Assembly (NCBI GenBank): GCA_012026655.1
Contig: JAAILG010001090.1
Span: forward strand, 1-64,000
Length of the DNA stretch: 64,000 nucleotides
Source: Hydrolagus affinis
Taxonomy: Eukaryota
Reading direction: 5' to 3'
Shown: piece by piece, positions 37,854 to 51,501 of the stretch
Layout of the letters: the number at the start of each line of letters is the position of its first letter
Position numbering within the stretch: position 1 is the stretch's first letter
Notes under the pieces: model-generated
Told to the model about the DNA's origin: nothing
The model's database searches: none
Seen by the model: the letters and a program-made list of their open reading frames with translations, nothing else
Program-made: the position numbers and the translations under genes

Positions 37854-39799
37854 CCTCAGAAGCTCAGAAAGGAATACCAGGGTAGTAATATAACAGGAAA
37901 TGCAGAAACTTTGCTCTGATCTCTTATACAAAACATGATTTATATTGATAATGTTCCTGCTTACCTCTGTCTCCTGTGTTTAGCCTTTATTATGATGAAC
38001 AACCCAGGTTCCTATAGAGTCAATACATGGAGTTCTAAGAGTAGTGACCTCAATTCACACTCCACACAGTGGGGCAGAAAAATAAGAGGGAAAACTATCA
38101 ACGTAAATAGTTAAAATATTCATAAACCCTTCAAAGAAGCCCAAACAAGATTGTAAGAGGAATTAAGTGAGAATTTAAGTGCTCTGCTTTAAGATCAGCC
38201 ACAAAATGTATGAAATGCAAGGCATTTAAAGCATGTGAAGTATGCATAGAAACATTCTCCTTTTTATCAAACTCAGAAGCATCATTCATAATGTGCGTAT
38301 AATTCAAGAAAGGTATGTGTCTGAGCAATCAAATCACTGCAGAGTGGAATAGAATTGGAAAACATGAAAGATATTTTTTTGAGGGGGAAACCATCAAATT
38401 TTACACAATTTACACATATACAGACAACTAGTTTGAGTTCATAGCATGGCCGCATAATGGGAAGATACTGTAGGGACTGAAGAGCTGTAATTTCTGGTTT
38501 CTGCTGAAATATTAAATTAATAGTGAACCCTGATTATTTCTTCAATGTAGTCAGCTCATTATGTAAATGAGTATACTCACAGCTGATCCCAATTGTCCTG
38601 AGAATATGTTCTCATCAAAGCATTAACTGATTGGGTCAGTGAAATAAAGCTCTCTGATGTGCTTCAACCTTTTAGACCTCCATGAAGGTCATCAATTCTA
38701 TAAATTGCGTGAGGTTCCTTCCATTGTTTCCAAGTTAACAGGTTTATTTCCATAAATTAATAGGTTTGTAATCAAATCGTACTTCAAATAACATGTCTTC
38801 CAATTAAACCGACTCATGCAGACGCCCGGTTAAAATGGATACAGGGTTTTCCACATTAATAAATAAAGAGCATAAAGAGCCATGAAACAACAAAGAATCA
38901 TTTGGCCCAACAAGCCTGCTGCTTTCCACAGAGCACATAGAATATTCTGGTATATTCATTTATCTCCATCCTGCCAACAGCAAGTCAAACACACCGAGGG
39001 GGATCGGGGGGTTGGGGGGGGGTGGAGTTAAAAAAAAATTCAAAATCATTAAATATTTGGTTACATCCTGTTTCAATCATTTTTAATTACAGTGTAAGGC
39101 ATTAGCGAGTACTCTGAGTTGAACTAAAACCCGTAACCACCGAAGCACTATAAAAGGTTTTTCAGATTCTCATTCCATTCAAATCATTCATCCAGTAGGA
39201 ACTGCACTCCAATAAGAAGATAACATTCAGCTGCCCAGAAGAAAGAAAGACTAGTTTACAAGGTGCCCATTCATTTCTTGACTCTTAAAAAGGCAATGCT
39301 TAAGGCTCTTTGGGGCCTACATTCAATTTAATCTCAGCCTCGTCATGCCCCATCTTCCCTGATGCTTGAGACACAATTAATAATTGACACAGATTCAGCC
39401 CATGTCCCTGAACTGAAATATTCCTCCATGTCATTTTGAAACTTGCTTTACGATACCCCCATTACCCACCCACCCCTGGATTTATTATCAGCTGAATCAA
39501 TGTTTCAAGATAATTAATTTGCGTGATTGCAACTGGAATTAGATGGATAAATTCACCTCTAAGCACAAAATATTGCATTGTGTTAGTCCAATACTTATCA
39601 TCAAAAGGTGGCAGTACTGTGTAGACAATACTGGGCAAAAACTAGACGAAGGTGCAACTTTTTACATGCTATTTTTATATGCTAGAATGCCTAACTCAAC
39701 TTTGATACATGAGAGAATCTAGTGTACTGGTGCATCATTAAATCTGAGTCATGTAGCAAAATGCTTATGTATACCTAGATGAATAGCTGGAATTAGACA

Positions 39800-40110
39800 C
39801 TTGACTTATGAGGCTATAGAGGTTAGTAATGTTTTCGCTATGAAAGAGAAGACTCGAGTGAGATCTTATTTTATATTCAGGATCTTAGAGGGCACAGATA
39901 AATGGAACCCTCATTATACATTGAACATGGTCAGCAAATTTGAGAACAAGGGAACATGGACTCAAGCTCAGAAGAACAAACAGTTCAGATCAAATTACTT
40001 TACACAGAATGTGGTGAATATATAGAATACACAACCCAGGGAAGGCAGGGAACACAGTTTGTGTAAAAAAAATCAGGAGGGAATTGGATACTGATTTGAT
40101 GAAGAGGTAT
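39800..40110 (+). mobile_element. CR1 LINE RT C-terminal fragment
   Basis: FAMKEKTRVRSYFIFRILEGTD...RSNYFTQNVVNI (cf. FSLEKRRLRGDLI..FKIL.G.D...RKNFFTQRVVN). Confidence 0.8.
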
Positions 40111-40480
40111 GAAAGAGAGAGAGAGAGAGAGAGAGCAAAGGATTCTTATTTTTTGAATTGTGAGTCCATCAAATGATTGTGTATTCCTAAAACTTCAAAC
40201 AAACACTTTCATCTTCCTTGTGGCATTACTTCACAAATTAAGAAATAAAATCAAAACTTTGTTCAGTTAAACAGACTTACTGACAGCCCACCTGTTAAAA
40301 AAAAATAAGTAGAGGGTGTATCTTAGAAGCAGATGTGTGGATACCCCATCGGTCTTCACTTCTCTGGCTGTCAAACAATGACAAATATTTTCTCTGTAGA
40401 CATGCATCTTTGTTAAAACTCCTAACCTGAGTTGCACTCTTTATCATCGCACTGCATTTCTTTGTTATGAATCCCATCAG

Positions 40481-41060
40481 TCAGGACTGACAATGATGAT
40501 GTAGCCAGCAATGTATAACATTGCCGCAGTCACCTAAGGTATAGTACAATGAATGCCCGTGACCTTCTTTTCTGCTAGTGCGGGAAAGAGAATTGTCTAT
40601 CTGAAAAAAATTCCTTGCAATTATTCTGGAGCAAAAACCATGTCGCCTTTGAGAAACATACGTTTCCCAGGCACGCTGTGGTTTTAGCTGCAAACTATGA
40701 AGTAAGTGGATGTCACCTGCTGCGATAAACAAGATGTTAACATAGAAAAACAGATTGTCAAGGCAACACTGCAAGAGAATCCAAGTTAGTTGACAGGCTC
40801 TTAAATGAAAATTGACCACCTATGTTCGTGAACGGTCAATGTGCAACAGGCGATTGCCTTGAGCTTTACCTTCCATTCTCATTGGCAACTGTGTACCAGA
40901 CCCTCCACAGTCAAGGCCTGGGTGATTTTTTTTTTACATTTAGTGGGAAATGTACTTAGAAGCTGCAGTGCAGAGAAATTGGGAAAGATCAGCAAACTTC
41001 AATGCCCTGGAAGCTTCCTAGAAATCCCAGAAGGTTGATTCCAGCCTTTAGCTTTCAGTC
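40481..41060 (-). pseudogene. Ancient PIF/Harbinger (HARBI1-like) transposase fossil
   Basis: The ORF reads LLHSLQLKPQRAWETYVSQRRHGFCSRIIARNF...GHSLYYTLGDCGNVIHCWLHH, compared with HARBI1-type LMTPLxxPxTxAExRYNxAH..VIExTF...GALQYSPEKxxxIIxACCVLHN. Confidence 0.65.
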
Positions 41061-41488
41061 GCTTGCATCGTGGCCTCATTTTTGTTCTGCTAAACCTGCT
41101 TCACCAAGTAAATCATCCCGGAGGAATTTGCAAAATTCTGCTGGTAAAATTAATTTTTAAACTACGGTCATAGGACTATATCAGACAAAATTCGTAAGTG
41201 AGTAGATGAAATGACCTGTAACAGGGATGATCTTGGTAATTATCTGCTGGGTGGCATTTTCACAGAAATTCAGCATTTTCATCCGTATTGACAGACTTTC
41301 TCTATAGCAGTGCTATGGGCAAAGGCATGTCAAACAGGTTGGATCAGCAAATTACAGGTTTTCACCCTGGCCTGTGACGAAACAGCTGATCTCTCCGGCA
41401 GCCGTAGGAAGTAGTACAGTTGGCTTTAACTCCCACATGGAAAAGGGATGAAAACAATAGACAGTTGGTACTTAGTAGTTCCTGGTCA

Positions 41489-41790
41489 TAATAATAAACA
41501 ATAATAATAATCCTTGCATTTGATATAGCGACATCTCATAGCGCTGCACAGAATATACTGTAAGGTGAACTGCCTATATTTTGTGGACGAAATGCAGCAT
41601 CTAATTGTGCACAGCAGTGTTGCACAAACAGTTGTAGATTGAAATGATCAATTTATTAATTTTTTTTAAGGATTATCATTAGGCGTGTGGAGTAAGGAAA
41701 CTGGCCCAAGCTTTTGACTCCTGCCTAGAATTGAACCCCAGGTCTCTCAATTGCAAGGTGAGTGCTCCAACCACTGAGCTACAGGACTCC
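41489..41790 (-). mobile_element. Full-length tRNA-Ala SINE inserted in an older SINE
   Basis: Complete head (ccactgagctacaggactcc on +) and tail; the flanks resemble 5316-5570. Confidence 0.9.
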
Positions 41791-43723
41791 TATCATTGGG
41801 CTGAATTGAGCCTGGCTGTGACACCCCCTCCACAGAGTGATGGATGACAGTATCAATTCAAATTGTTCAAATTGTTAATTGTCAAGTTCCTTTTCTGTTG
41901 CTTTGGACATTCTCTTTGATGTGTTTACAATTGGTGACAAGGCACGATCAGACCAGAATTGTTATCAGGGTTTGATTTCCTGGGATAAAGGGCAGCATCA
42001 CACCTTCTGCATATCAGAGTAATAATGTAATACTCTGCATTATAGAGTAAATTATCATAGAATCATAGAATTTTACGGCACAAATGGAGGCGATTCGGCC
42101 TATCTAGTCTGTGCCGGCTCTTTGAAAAGAGCAACTCAATCCCACTGCCCAGCTCTCTCTCCATAACTTAACAGACCTGTTCTCTCTAAATAAATATCTA
42201 ATTCTCTTTTAAAAGCTGTTATCGAATTATATAAAATATAATTAATGCTCTTTGCATCCATAGACAGTATGAACACACTTTATTATGTAGTTCTGGGTCA
42301 AGTGGAAGCGATTGGTTGAAGATGTGATTGAAATGGAGGGATAAGAAAACTGCGTTATCTCTGCACATACCATGGCCTTGATCTCTGTTCATCTGAAATA
42401 CATAATTAGTAAATACTGTACTGTATTGCAAAATCGCAACTCCTCCACAGGAGTCATATGCAGGGAATTGCAGATGATTTTCAAAGGCCTTGTAGCATCA
42501 AACTTGTCTCATAATGTTAAGTAAAATGTATCCTTTATCAGCTGTATGGCTCCAACAACAACAAAATTACATTTGTATAGCGCCTTTCATGTCAGGAGGA
42601 TGTTCCAAGGCGCTGGACAGATACTGCTTCAGACCCGAGCTGAGGACGGGGGGTGGGGTGGGGAGGAGTTGCCGATGGGTCCATCGAAGAGGAGAGTCTT
42701 GAGGCGAAATCAAAGTACTGTATATCTACCTACCAAATCATTCCCCGCACCATACAGATGTCAGGTTTGTCCTGGCAGACTGATAGGGAATGAACACACC
42801 ATACAAAAGAGGTGTATCTGTAAACAGTTCAAATGGATGTCAGGATTTCCTTGCAGTCAAGGATAAACCTGGATTTCAGTGTTACTCCAAGATGAAACAT
42901 TAAGTACACTGAAAGCGTGAAAGAAAATGGAAGATTTGATTAGTTAGAAGTGTGAATTCATAAATAAAATGAAATAAAATGTGTCATTTGCTAAATTTAG
43001 CAAACAAAGAGAAACAACATGATGCAAAAGTACAACGTGGAAATTTAAAAAAAATATTCAAGACAAGGCCAATGATGACAAAGATAGAATAATGTTTTGA
43101 TACTTCAATGCTGCCTTGAAAAATGTAACACATGCCAAGATTGTTTTTCAGTTATCCACAATCAAATCGTAAAGTTATGCATTATAAATTTACTGATAGA
43201 TAATTTGTCAAGGCGATGTATCGTATGAAAATCTCAATGGCATTGTTCACATTTTACAATATTGTTTGAGCCCAAAATGGGCAATGGGCTTACTGTACAG
43301 TCTACTCCTATTATCTTCTTGTATCACAGAATAATAAAGTTGGGGGCCTATATTTAAATTGTACGTTTTGAAATTAAAAAAACATACACTTGCCTCCAGC
43401 ATCTGCTGAACTCTGGAGTTTTTTTACTTCAGCGGATTCACAGCCGCCTCATGTATATTTAAAATGCCTTTTATTCTTAGCCAAATAAAAAAAATGAAAT
43501 GCACTGCAGGTAATTTCTTCCACAATTTATTGTTTGATAATACTTCTCTCAATTGATAAATAACCCTGTAAGGAAACCTGCCAGTGTGCAACATAGCTTC
43601 ATTGCATGGTTTTCATTGACAGCTATCCTCCATTCTGAACCAGAAATGAATGTATTGCAACAATCTAATATTAGCCATAACCTGAAGTATTTTGTGGCTC
43701 CTTGTTCTTCACTGAAATAACAA

Positions 43724-44000
43724 GTCCATTAACTCAGTGGTTAGAGCACTTGTCTTGCTGTGTTCAAATTCAGGCCTGGGCAAGTTTCCTTACTCCACAT
43801 GCCTAATAATAATCCTTCCAAAAAAAAATAATAAAACAATTGGTCATTTCAATCCACGACTGTTTGTGGGACACTGCTGTGCGCAAGTGGCGTTTTGCCC
43901 ACAAATTTAGCCAATTCACTTTACGGTGTATTCTGTGAGGCGCTTTGAGATGTCTGTCTAGAAGATGTGAAAGCGCTATATCAAATGCAAGAATTATTAA
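43724..44000 (+). mobile_element. tRNA-Ala SINE
   Basis: Head ctcagtggttagagcact, body and tail. Confidence 0.9.
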
Positions 44001-46413
44001 CTAGCAAATGAGGAGTTAAGTTATCTTTCCGATTATGTATCTTTTCCCTGAAAAATTCTTTCCTGAAATGAGAAAACAGCAAGGTCAGAATTGCAAAATC
44101 AATCTTATTAAAAAGATTTTGATAAAGTTTAATGAATTAATAAATAATTTATTTAAAATGTCCATGATTGTATAATTTCTTTCAACTCCAGTTTTTTTTT
44201 CAAAAAGTTCATGAGATATCATCCACTTATTTTCTTTCTTTTTTAATCAATCCTAGACTTCCAGTGTGCTGCTCTTGGCAGAAAGGGGTTTGGAATAACA
44301 TCATCTTGACAATTTTGATGTCAATTGCTTCTAATCAAAGGCCCCAGAGCTCTTTAAAATGCCTCCTTTCTTTTGCACTGTGTATTCCCTCCGCTGATGC
44401 ATTCCATGATTAAGACAGCCCTACATACTGTGCCACCTGTCTCACTCCTTTTCTCCCCCACCCCCAATCCCTCCCCATACACAACACAAACAAAATCCCT
44501 CATTTACTATCATTCCTGTCACTTTCAATAGGATTCCAGATCCAGACCCATCTCCCTCACCTCCGTATCTCCCGAGGTATTGATTGAATGCCTTTTGTCC
44601 CGGCTTCAACCACCCTTTCTGGCAATCTGTATCAGTCATTGCTTACCCTCTGAGTAAAGAAAAAAAATAACTAGAAGGTTTGTTTCATATAACAATGCCT
44701 GGACTCCTACTAGCCCAGATTTCAGCCCGCTTGAAAGTGGTTAAATAAACGCAAGTGGTTGTTGACAGGTTGGCTACATACAGTGTTTTGTTTTATTCCA
44801 AGTTTACAGTCCTACTAAAATGTCATCCTTTGTACAAAATGTACAAAATAATACTGAAAGGCATACTTTGTAACTCATTACATATTTCTAGAAACAATCG
44901 TAGTTGGCTGACCAAAGGCAGAGAGAGTTCTAAAGAGGTCACAAGATTGGTTTGGATGGAAAAGGCCCTTCCTTCGACTCATTTGCTCTGAGCTTTGCAG
45001 AATACTAAACCTACCGCATTCCCATCGCAGCATCAAGCTGTTTGTTAAATGAAACCCAGCACCCTTCCTGGTAACCTATTCCAGCTGTAGATTACCCTCT
45101 GTGTAAAATTGAAAGTGCCAATGGAAAACTGTTTGCGAAGCAGCTACTTTGAAGAATGATCTTTTAGCTGTGACAGACCTATATTTTCAGAGTAATTTGT
45201 TACAAGTCACAGTGTTATTGAATGTCCAGAAAGATAAATAACCGAATATTTGAATTTTTCCTGAGGTATACATGAAACACAGCTAGAGAGTGATTGAAAT
45301 TAGTTGTGACTTACGCTAGATAGATGCATATCAACAAGCCATTTTGAAGCCAGCGTTCCAGTTCTTCAGCTATGTTATGCATTACGCTGAGCACAAATTA
45401 CCCTTTTTTAAAAAATCTAATATTTATTATTTAGATCATATTAATCTTCAAACAATTGAAGCATCAGCCTTAAGTTTGTCTTGGAATATTTACGGACGTA
45501 ATATTCTTTTTTTAAACGAAGGTAGTAAAGCTTGACAGCAGAAAATATGACAGGAACCGTCACATTTACGGGATTCAGTATGGGACAGAATCAGCAGGAA
45601 AATTAAAATGATTAAAATTTAAATCATTATTATTAATTATTTTCTTATTGAAAGTAACCAAGTTATCCTTTTGACCACTCTCGCAGTGCACAACAGAACC
45701 AATCAGTCAAGTAGCTATCATGCTTAAAAAAAAGTCCGACACGTGGTAAAAAAGAATGCACCTTTTAAATAGGCCAATTAACGTAAATCATATTCCTAAT
45801 CTCCAATATCTCCTTAAATTCAATCCGTCACTGATAAATATACATTTTCTCAGAGGGTGAATTAAATGTCTAAAACAATGACTTGGCTAAAGGTCTGATG
45901 AAAAATCTGCGTAACAAAGATGAAACTATTTTAAGAGACAACAGCGAAATGAATGCTGAAAATTTAATTTCATTCAATTAAAATTTGATCAAACAATAAT
46001 TATCTAACCAGCTAGTTGCCTTTATTGGTTTAAGCTTAGTTGGTTATGACTGTAATTTTCCATGTAATGACAATATCATACTACCTGTATATTGAATATA
46101 CCTTCTGGAAAATTTCTAAATGTTCTTGTGAGGTACTGTGGACGGAAACATTTCATACTATCAATTGAACAATTATACAGATACTCAAATCATTTCCTTA
46201 TCTTTCTTCCCCTGCTGAGCAGATTTTGTCATGCAATTAAACAGTATTTGGAGACAGATTAAAAATAGAATTGGAGGCAAGAGAACAGTTCAGCAAATCT
46301 GTTCCACACAAAAGAAAATCTGTTTGCAGTTCTGTGTTTTCCTCCATTGTTGTGGGACACTTGGTTCTGGTAGTTTTGAAGGTGAATGCTCTCATTTTTA
46401 GTGTGTTTTATTA

Positions 46414-46700
46414 TCTGTGGCTCAGTGGTTAGAGCATTCACCTTGCAAGTGAGAGATCTGGGTTCAATTTGAGCAGGTTTCCTTACTCCACATGCCTAAT
46501 AATAATCCCTCAAAAAAAACAATGATAATTTGGTCACTTAAATCAACGACTGTTTGTGGGACACTGCTGTGCACATTAGCTGCTGTGTTTCTCTCACAAA
46601 TATACAGTCAATTCACTTTACTGTATTTTCCATGAAGCGTTTTGAGATCTCTAGAAGACATGAAAAGCACTATATCAAATGCAAGGTTTATTATTATTAT
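46414..46700 (+). mobile_element. tRNA-Ala SINE
   Basis: Head ctgtggctcagtggttagagcattcaccttgcaag, body and tail. Confidence 0.9.
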
Positions 46701-47259
46701 TTGCTTGTTGCTCCCAATTACCAATTGGCTTCCCTTCAAGGACAATATTTCCTCTAACCTTCTCCCAGCTCCAATAGAAACCAATCTGTGCCTTCTAGTA
46801 TTCGCTCATTTTAATCCGCAAAAATCTCTATAAACTCCAATTCTGTTCCCATTTAGATAATTATTTCTGTAGTTATTTTAATCAACAGAGGATCAGCTAG
46901 TTTTCTTCAGAATCTATATGATGCTTGGAATCTGTGTGTATATGTTTTGGGGGTAGGAAGCCTTCTAATCTCCAGTCTAGCCTGAGGTTTGTCAAATTAA
47001 AGACTTTGTTTCCCCCAGTTGAGCAGATTCACATTCAAAACATTCTACTTGAATTTACAACACTTACTACTGTATGCTCATCAATATTTGAAATTCAGGT
47101 ATCATGTCACCTCTGCTTCTTCTCAACTCCAATGAAAACAAATTCAGATCTTTGACTTTTCCTCAGGTTCATGTACATGTGTTCAACCAAGTGTTAAATA
47201 AATACATTTGTGTTTGAGCTGATTGTCTTTTTTTTAAATGACTATCCAAACGGTAACAA

Positions 47260-48600
47260 AAATCCCTGGGGCCGCTGATGCTCTTTGGACCAAGGTATGA
47301 ATACTAGTCAGCAGAAGGACATCAGTACCGTTGAATAAAATCTACGCTTTAGTAGCTAAGATTCATTAAATACGGTGCACTTTAACATCATGCTTAAAAT
47401 TATAGACATCTTTGAATTGATATAAGAGAAAATAAATCTCTCATTAACATCCTGCTGTTACAATGTTTGTTTCATTTGTTTTTAATCACACATGCAGATA
47501 TTTGGAAATATTTCTTTTTTGCTTTGTTTTTGCCATTAACGTAAGAAGCTTTTTAAGAAGAGTTCTTCCGCTATAGTTTATATGAAGCATGAAATCTTTA
47601 ACACGTGTTATTTGAAAACTCTTTGAGAGTAGTGTATTCTTCTCCTTGACTGCATTGTATATTTAAATTCAGTGGTCCTAGTACAATACGTTTTGTCTGA
47701 TTAATCGTCCAACAAACCCATTGTGAATTTTGCCTGCATCCTTTTTAAGATCTCCATTTGGCAAATCTGTTTTTTTGAATTGTTTGCACAATCCTTGCCT
47801 CTTTGTTATCTATCTATTCCAAACTGCTGGTAAATTGGGTAAAACTTCTAATGGTTTCTCAGGAAAACAAAATGTTTTTTTTTCTAGTTTTAGTTACTTC
47901 TGTCAATCTGTTTCTTCACATTATCCAAGTTGTGATGTGTTTATAATCCAGCCGATTGTGAGCTCACCCTCTTCTAGCGTACTTTGTACACTCATCGTCT
48001 GTTGCGTTATTTGTGCCATCTGTTAACATAGTTACTTGTTCCAATTCTTGCTTTAATTTTCGGTGCCCACAAAAGCTTCTTCTTTCATTCTGGATTTTAT
48101 ACGTCTGGTTTTCTTTGTGTCACAAGGAATAGAATTCATTCTGAGCCAATTTTACTAAGCATTAAAGTACAGTACTCCAATTTGTTGCAAATTGTTGATG
48201 TTCAAACTGCTGTGTATGGAAAAATGGTATTTCATCTAAGGCCAAGTACTTCAGGAGACAAAATTCAATACTAAGCAAGATTACCTCTTTTCAGGACAGC
48301 AAATCATACATTCAGTTTGCTTAGATTTAGCAAGTTTAGACGATTGTAAAGAAGGTTGCACGGAAACAAGTTTCTCAATGTTGCAAGGTAGAACCACGAA
48401 TGGAGAATCTTAGCGAGCAATGAACACACACGCATCTTTCATCAGTTGTTCTTGTGGTCTGCAAAGTTTAGCAAACTTGTTAAAAGAGCCACGGTAAAAT
48501 ACTTATCTTAATCTCCGCATGGAATGTATGTGTTATGAGAAACTTTCTAGCCATGTTGAGAAAATGCTTTTGTAACATGGAAATCCCTATGATTGTTCAG
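47260..48600 (-). pseudogene. Ancient hAT (ZMYM1-like) transposase fossil
   Basis: TYIPCG (48531-48514, cf. YVPCxAH), then about 1.05 kb downstream KEIFPNI..IVTAG..ERF.FS (47520-47430, cf. FPNI..TxAxxERSFS), followed by a ggcccc subterminal-like motif. Confidence 0.65.
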
Positions 48601-49879
48601 GTGGATGGACCTAGATAGGAATGTCACTGTTTTTATCATTTGGAAATGAAAGTAAGTTACACACTGTAAATCTATATAATAACAACTTTGATTTATATAG
48701 TGCCCTCCATGCCAGACGGTGTCTCAGAGCGCTTAAAGTGACTGTATCTTTATACACTGAACCTTTTTTTAATGAATGTTTATGTTTGGAGAAAATGATC
48801 ATTGAGGGATTTATATGTGGAGACTGTTTGTTTGTTAATCCAGAACACAGTTTAGATATACTGGTTTCTATATTTCAACCATACACTTCCACAATCTGCC
48901 CAGTCGCTTTCCCGGAATCCTTCAAATGAAAGTAATGGCATGCAAAATATTTACAGTATTCCTTTTGTTAATCGAATACGAAGCTGATACAACATTGCGT
49001 GAATTAACTCCAGGCATGAGCTAAAGAATACTTTAAATTATGCCCTGGTTTATGCTGCAGTTAAAGTAAATGAAAAAAAAATGATCAGCCCTACATTAAG
49101 ACAAAAATAGATTTGCAATGGGAGTTTAATGGCTGCTTAGGAGAAAACCATTATGGTGCGCAAATCATTTCTCAAGTACAATCTATTACAACACTTCATT
49201 TGGGCATTTTAGATGCTTAGAACATCACAGAATAAGGCACACTAGCTGCAACTTAATTAAAACGGTCTTAGGTGAGGAAATTTGAATAAGTGGAAATACC
49301 TAATGTCTTAATAATAAACATATGGATGTCTTAATGCTTGTTCACAGTATGTAGTGCTTAGAAATTGATTACCTCTTTAGTTATTCCAGAATTTTTTGTA
49401 TTCCCTGAAGCGTAAGAAAATCATCTGGGGAAACCTTTACATAACATATGTCATGTTGTTGCACAGAGTAGCTTGTCCTGTGTTGGATAGCAACTGATAA
49501 ATTGCTAATTTGTGCTAGTTTTAAATTAAATAATTAGAAAGAAGCACCTTTCAAAGAGGGACAGACTGCAATAGTGCAGCCCAAGTGGATACATCCCTTT
49601 TGGTTCGCCTAAAAAGTTAACCTTGCAAAGTATAAAAGCAAATTGAATGTTGACTTTCAAAAATCAAAATGTGCACATAGCTGTACTGAAAGAAATTAAT
49701 AATTATCAATTTCAGTGTTGGATTGAGCTGACGGAATCACAAGTTATTGACGGAGAAAGTTATTGCTGGTGTCAGAGTTTTGGGGAAAATTCTGTTTACC
49801 CAAATGCTGCATCATAACATGATCCATGTAGTTTAATGATATGTTTATTTTTATTATTTATTTATCAAAGCAGCAGACT

Positions 49880-50040
49880 CCAAATAATTCTTGCATTTGA
49901 CACAGCGCCTTATAAATTGGTAGGACATCTGAAAGTGCTTCAAATGATTTATTGTAACGTGTAATCACCCTGTACTTTGAATAATTTGCAGTCAAACGTG
50001 GCAGCCAATTAACACACAGCAATGTCCCCAAAACAACCAA
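49880..50040 (-). mobile_element. Old SINE 3' half
   Basis: aataattcttgcatttgacacagcgcc..gcagccaattaacacacagcaatgtccc. Confidence 0.7.
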
Positions 50041-50589
50041 AAAGTGAACAACAATCTTTTAACCATTCATTTAGTAATTTGATTAAAAAAAAGTTATATA
50101 GTGTAAAACAACAGTGGATTTTAGTTTTTTTCTATCTCCAATAATTCTCTTCTATGTCAAACCTTATTAGAAGTAACCACATCATTTCAAAAATGGCACA
50201 TACTGTATGTTGCACTGATTGCAGCAACATCAGTCAGTATTCAGGTCATTTCAAATCAGCTACAAAGAAAGGTGGATAAACATGGATTTCTAGACAAGGA
50301 ATCAGAAAGTGCACAAACCTATCCATTAGTCTTGTCAGGCAACAATTCAATCATCGGCCACCCACAAGGGCCAAAGACTGGGCAACAAATGTTTAATGGT
50401 ACAAAATTTGCTGTGATTGCTCAGTAAAGCAATAGTTTGTCTTGTGCTGGGATTAACTGAAAGCTGTTCCAAAATGAATCCTTTCTTTGACCAGTAAACA
50501 GGCACTGATTATTATGTTCAGGAAACACACTTTGTTTTCCATCAGCTGTACCAAGCCAATTAATTTATCAATATCCAGGGTGCTGTGTT

Positions 50590-50978
50590 GATCTTTCAGG
50601 ATCCTCACGCTTGTGTTCAATCCCTCCACTCCTCTGCACCCTACTATCTCTCTAACCTTCTCTCTCCTCACAACAGTAACCATTGCTTTTGCTCGATTGG
50701 GTCTGGCCTCCTCCTTGTCCCCTGAATCCTCTGTTCCACCGTCAGCAGCCGTGCCTTCAACCGCTATGTCCCGAAGCTCCGGAACTCCCTCCCTCACTCC
50801 CTTGCCTCGCCCCCTCCTTTCCCATCTTCAGATCGCTCCTGAAGGCTTTTCTGTTCAACCGTGCCTTTGGTCATATTTTCCCTCTCCACCTGACTTGGCC
50901 CCAGGCTCCACTTTGTGAAGTGCTCTGAGACGCCGTCTGGCGTGGAGCGCGCTAAATAAATCCAAGTTGTTGTGGCTG
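50590..50978 (+). mobile_element. L2 LINE 3' fragment (second subfamily)
   Basis: Contains FRILTLVF and FRSLLKAFLF; tail ACGCC-GTCT-GGCGT stem followed by (TTG)n. Confidence 0.85.
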
Positions 50979-51501
50979 TTCATAAATACTATTTAGGGGT
51001 CAAGCAGGAATTTACTATTTAAGATCATGCAAATAGCTAACTAAATAAGTCCCAGAAAGAAACACAATCTGAGATTTTTTATAGAAAGTCGGTGTTTCTC
51101 CAGTATTAGAAGACCTCGTACAATTGGAAACCAGTAACTCAAAATTCTACCTAATCTTTTGACTACAGGACCATTTGGGCATTAAGATTTAAGATCAAGC
51201 GGAATTGTGGAAAATGCTTCAACTCATTCCTAAATTTCTAAGACATAATAAGAACTACAGAAAAACAATTTCCAAATTAAGATTGAATTTAAGAAGTCAT
51301 AAAATTCTGGAAACATATCAAATGCAAGAATTGTTATTATTTATTATCAGCCAGTCACAGGAGGTCTGTCTAGCAGTTCCAAGTGATTTGTATGCCATTT
51401 GCAAAGAAGTTTCAAAAGTTGCGTATTTAGAGCCTGATTTGATAAATGATCTCATTATTTATCAGTGTATTATTTATTAATATCATGTTTGTTGGAGCTT
51501 T

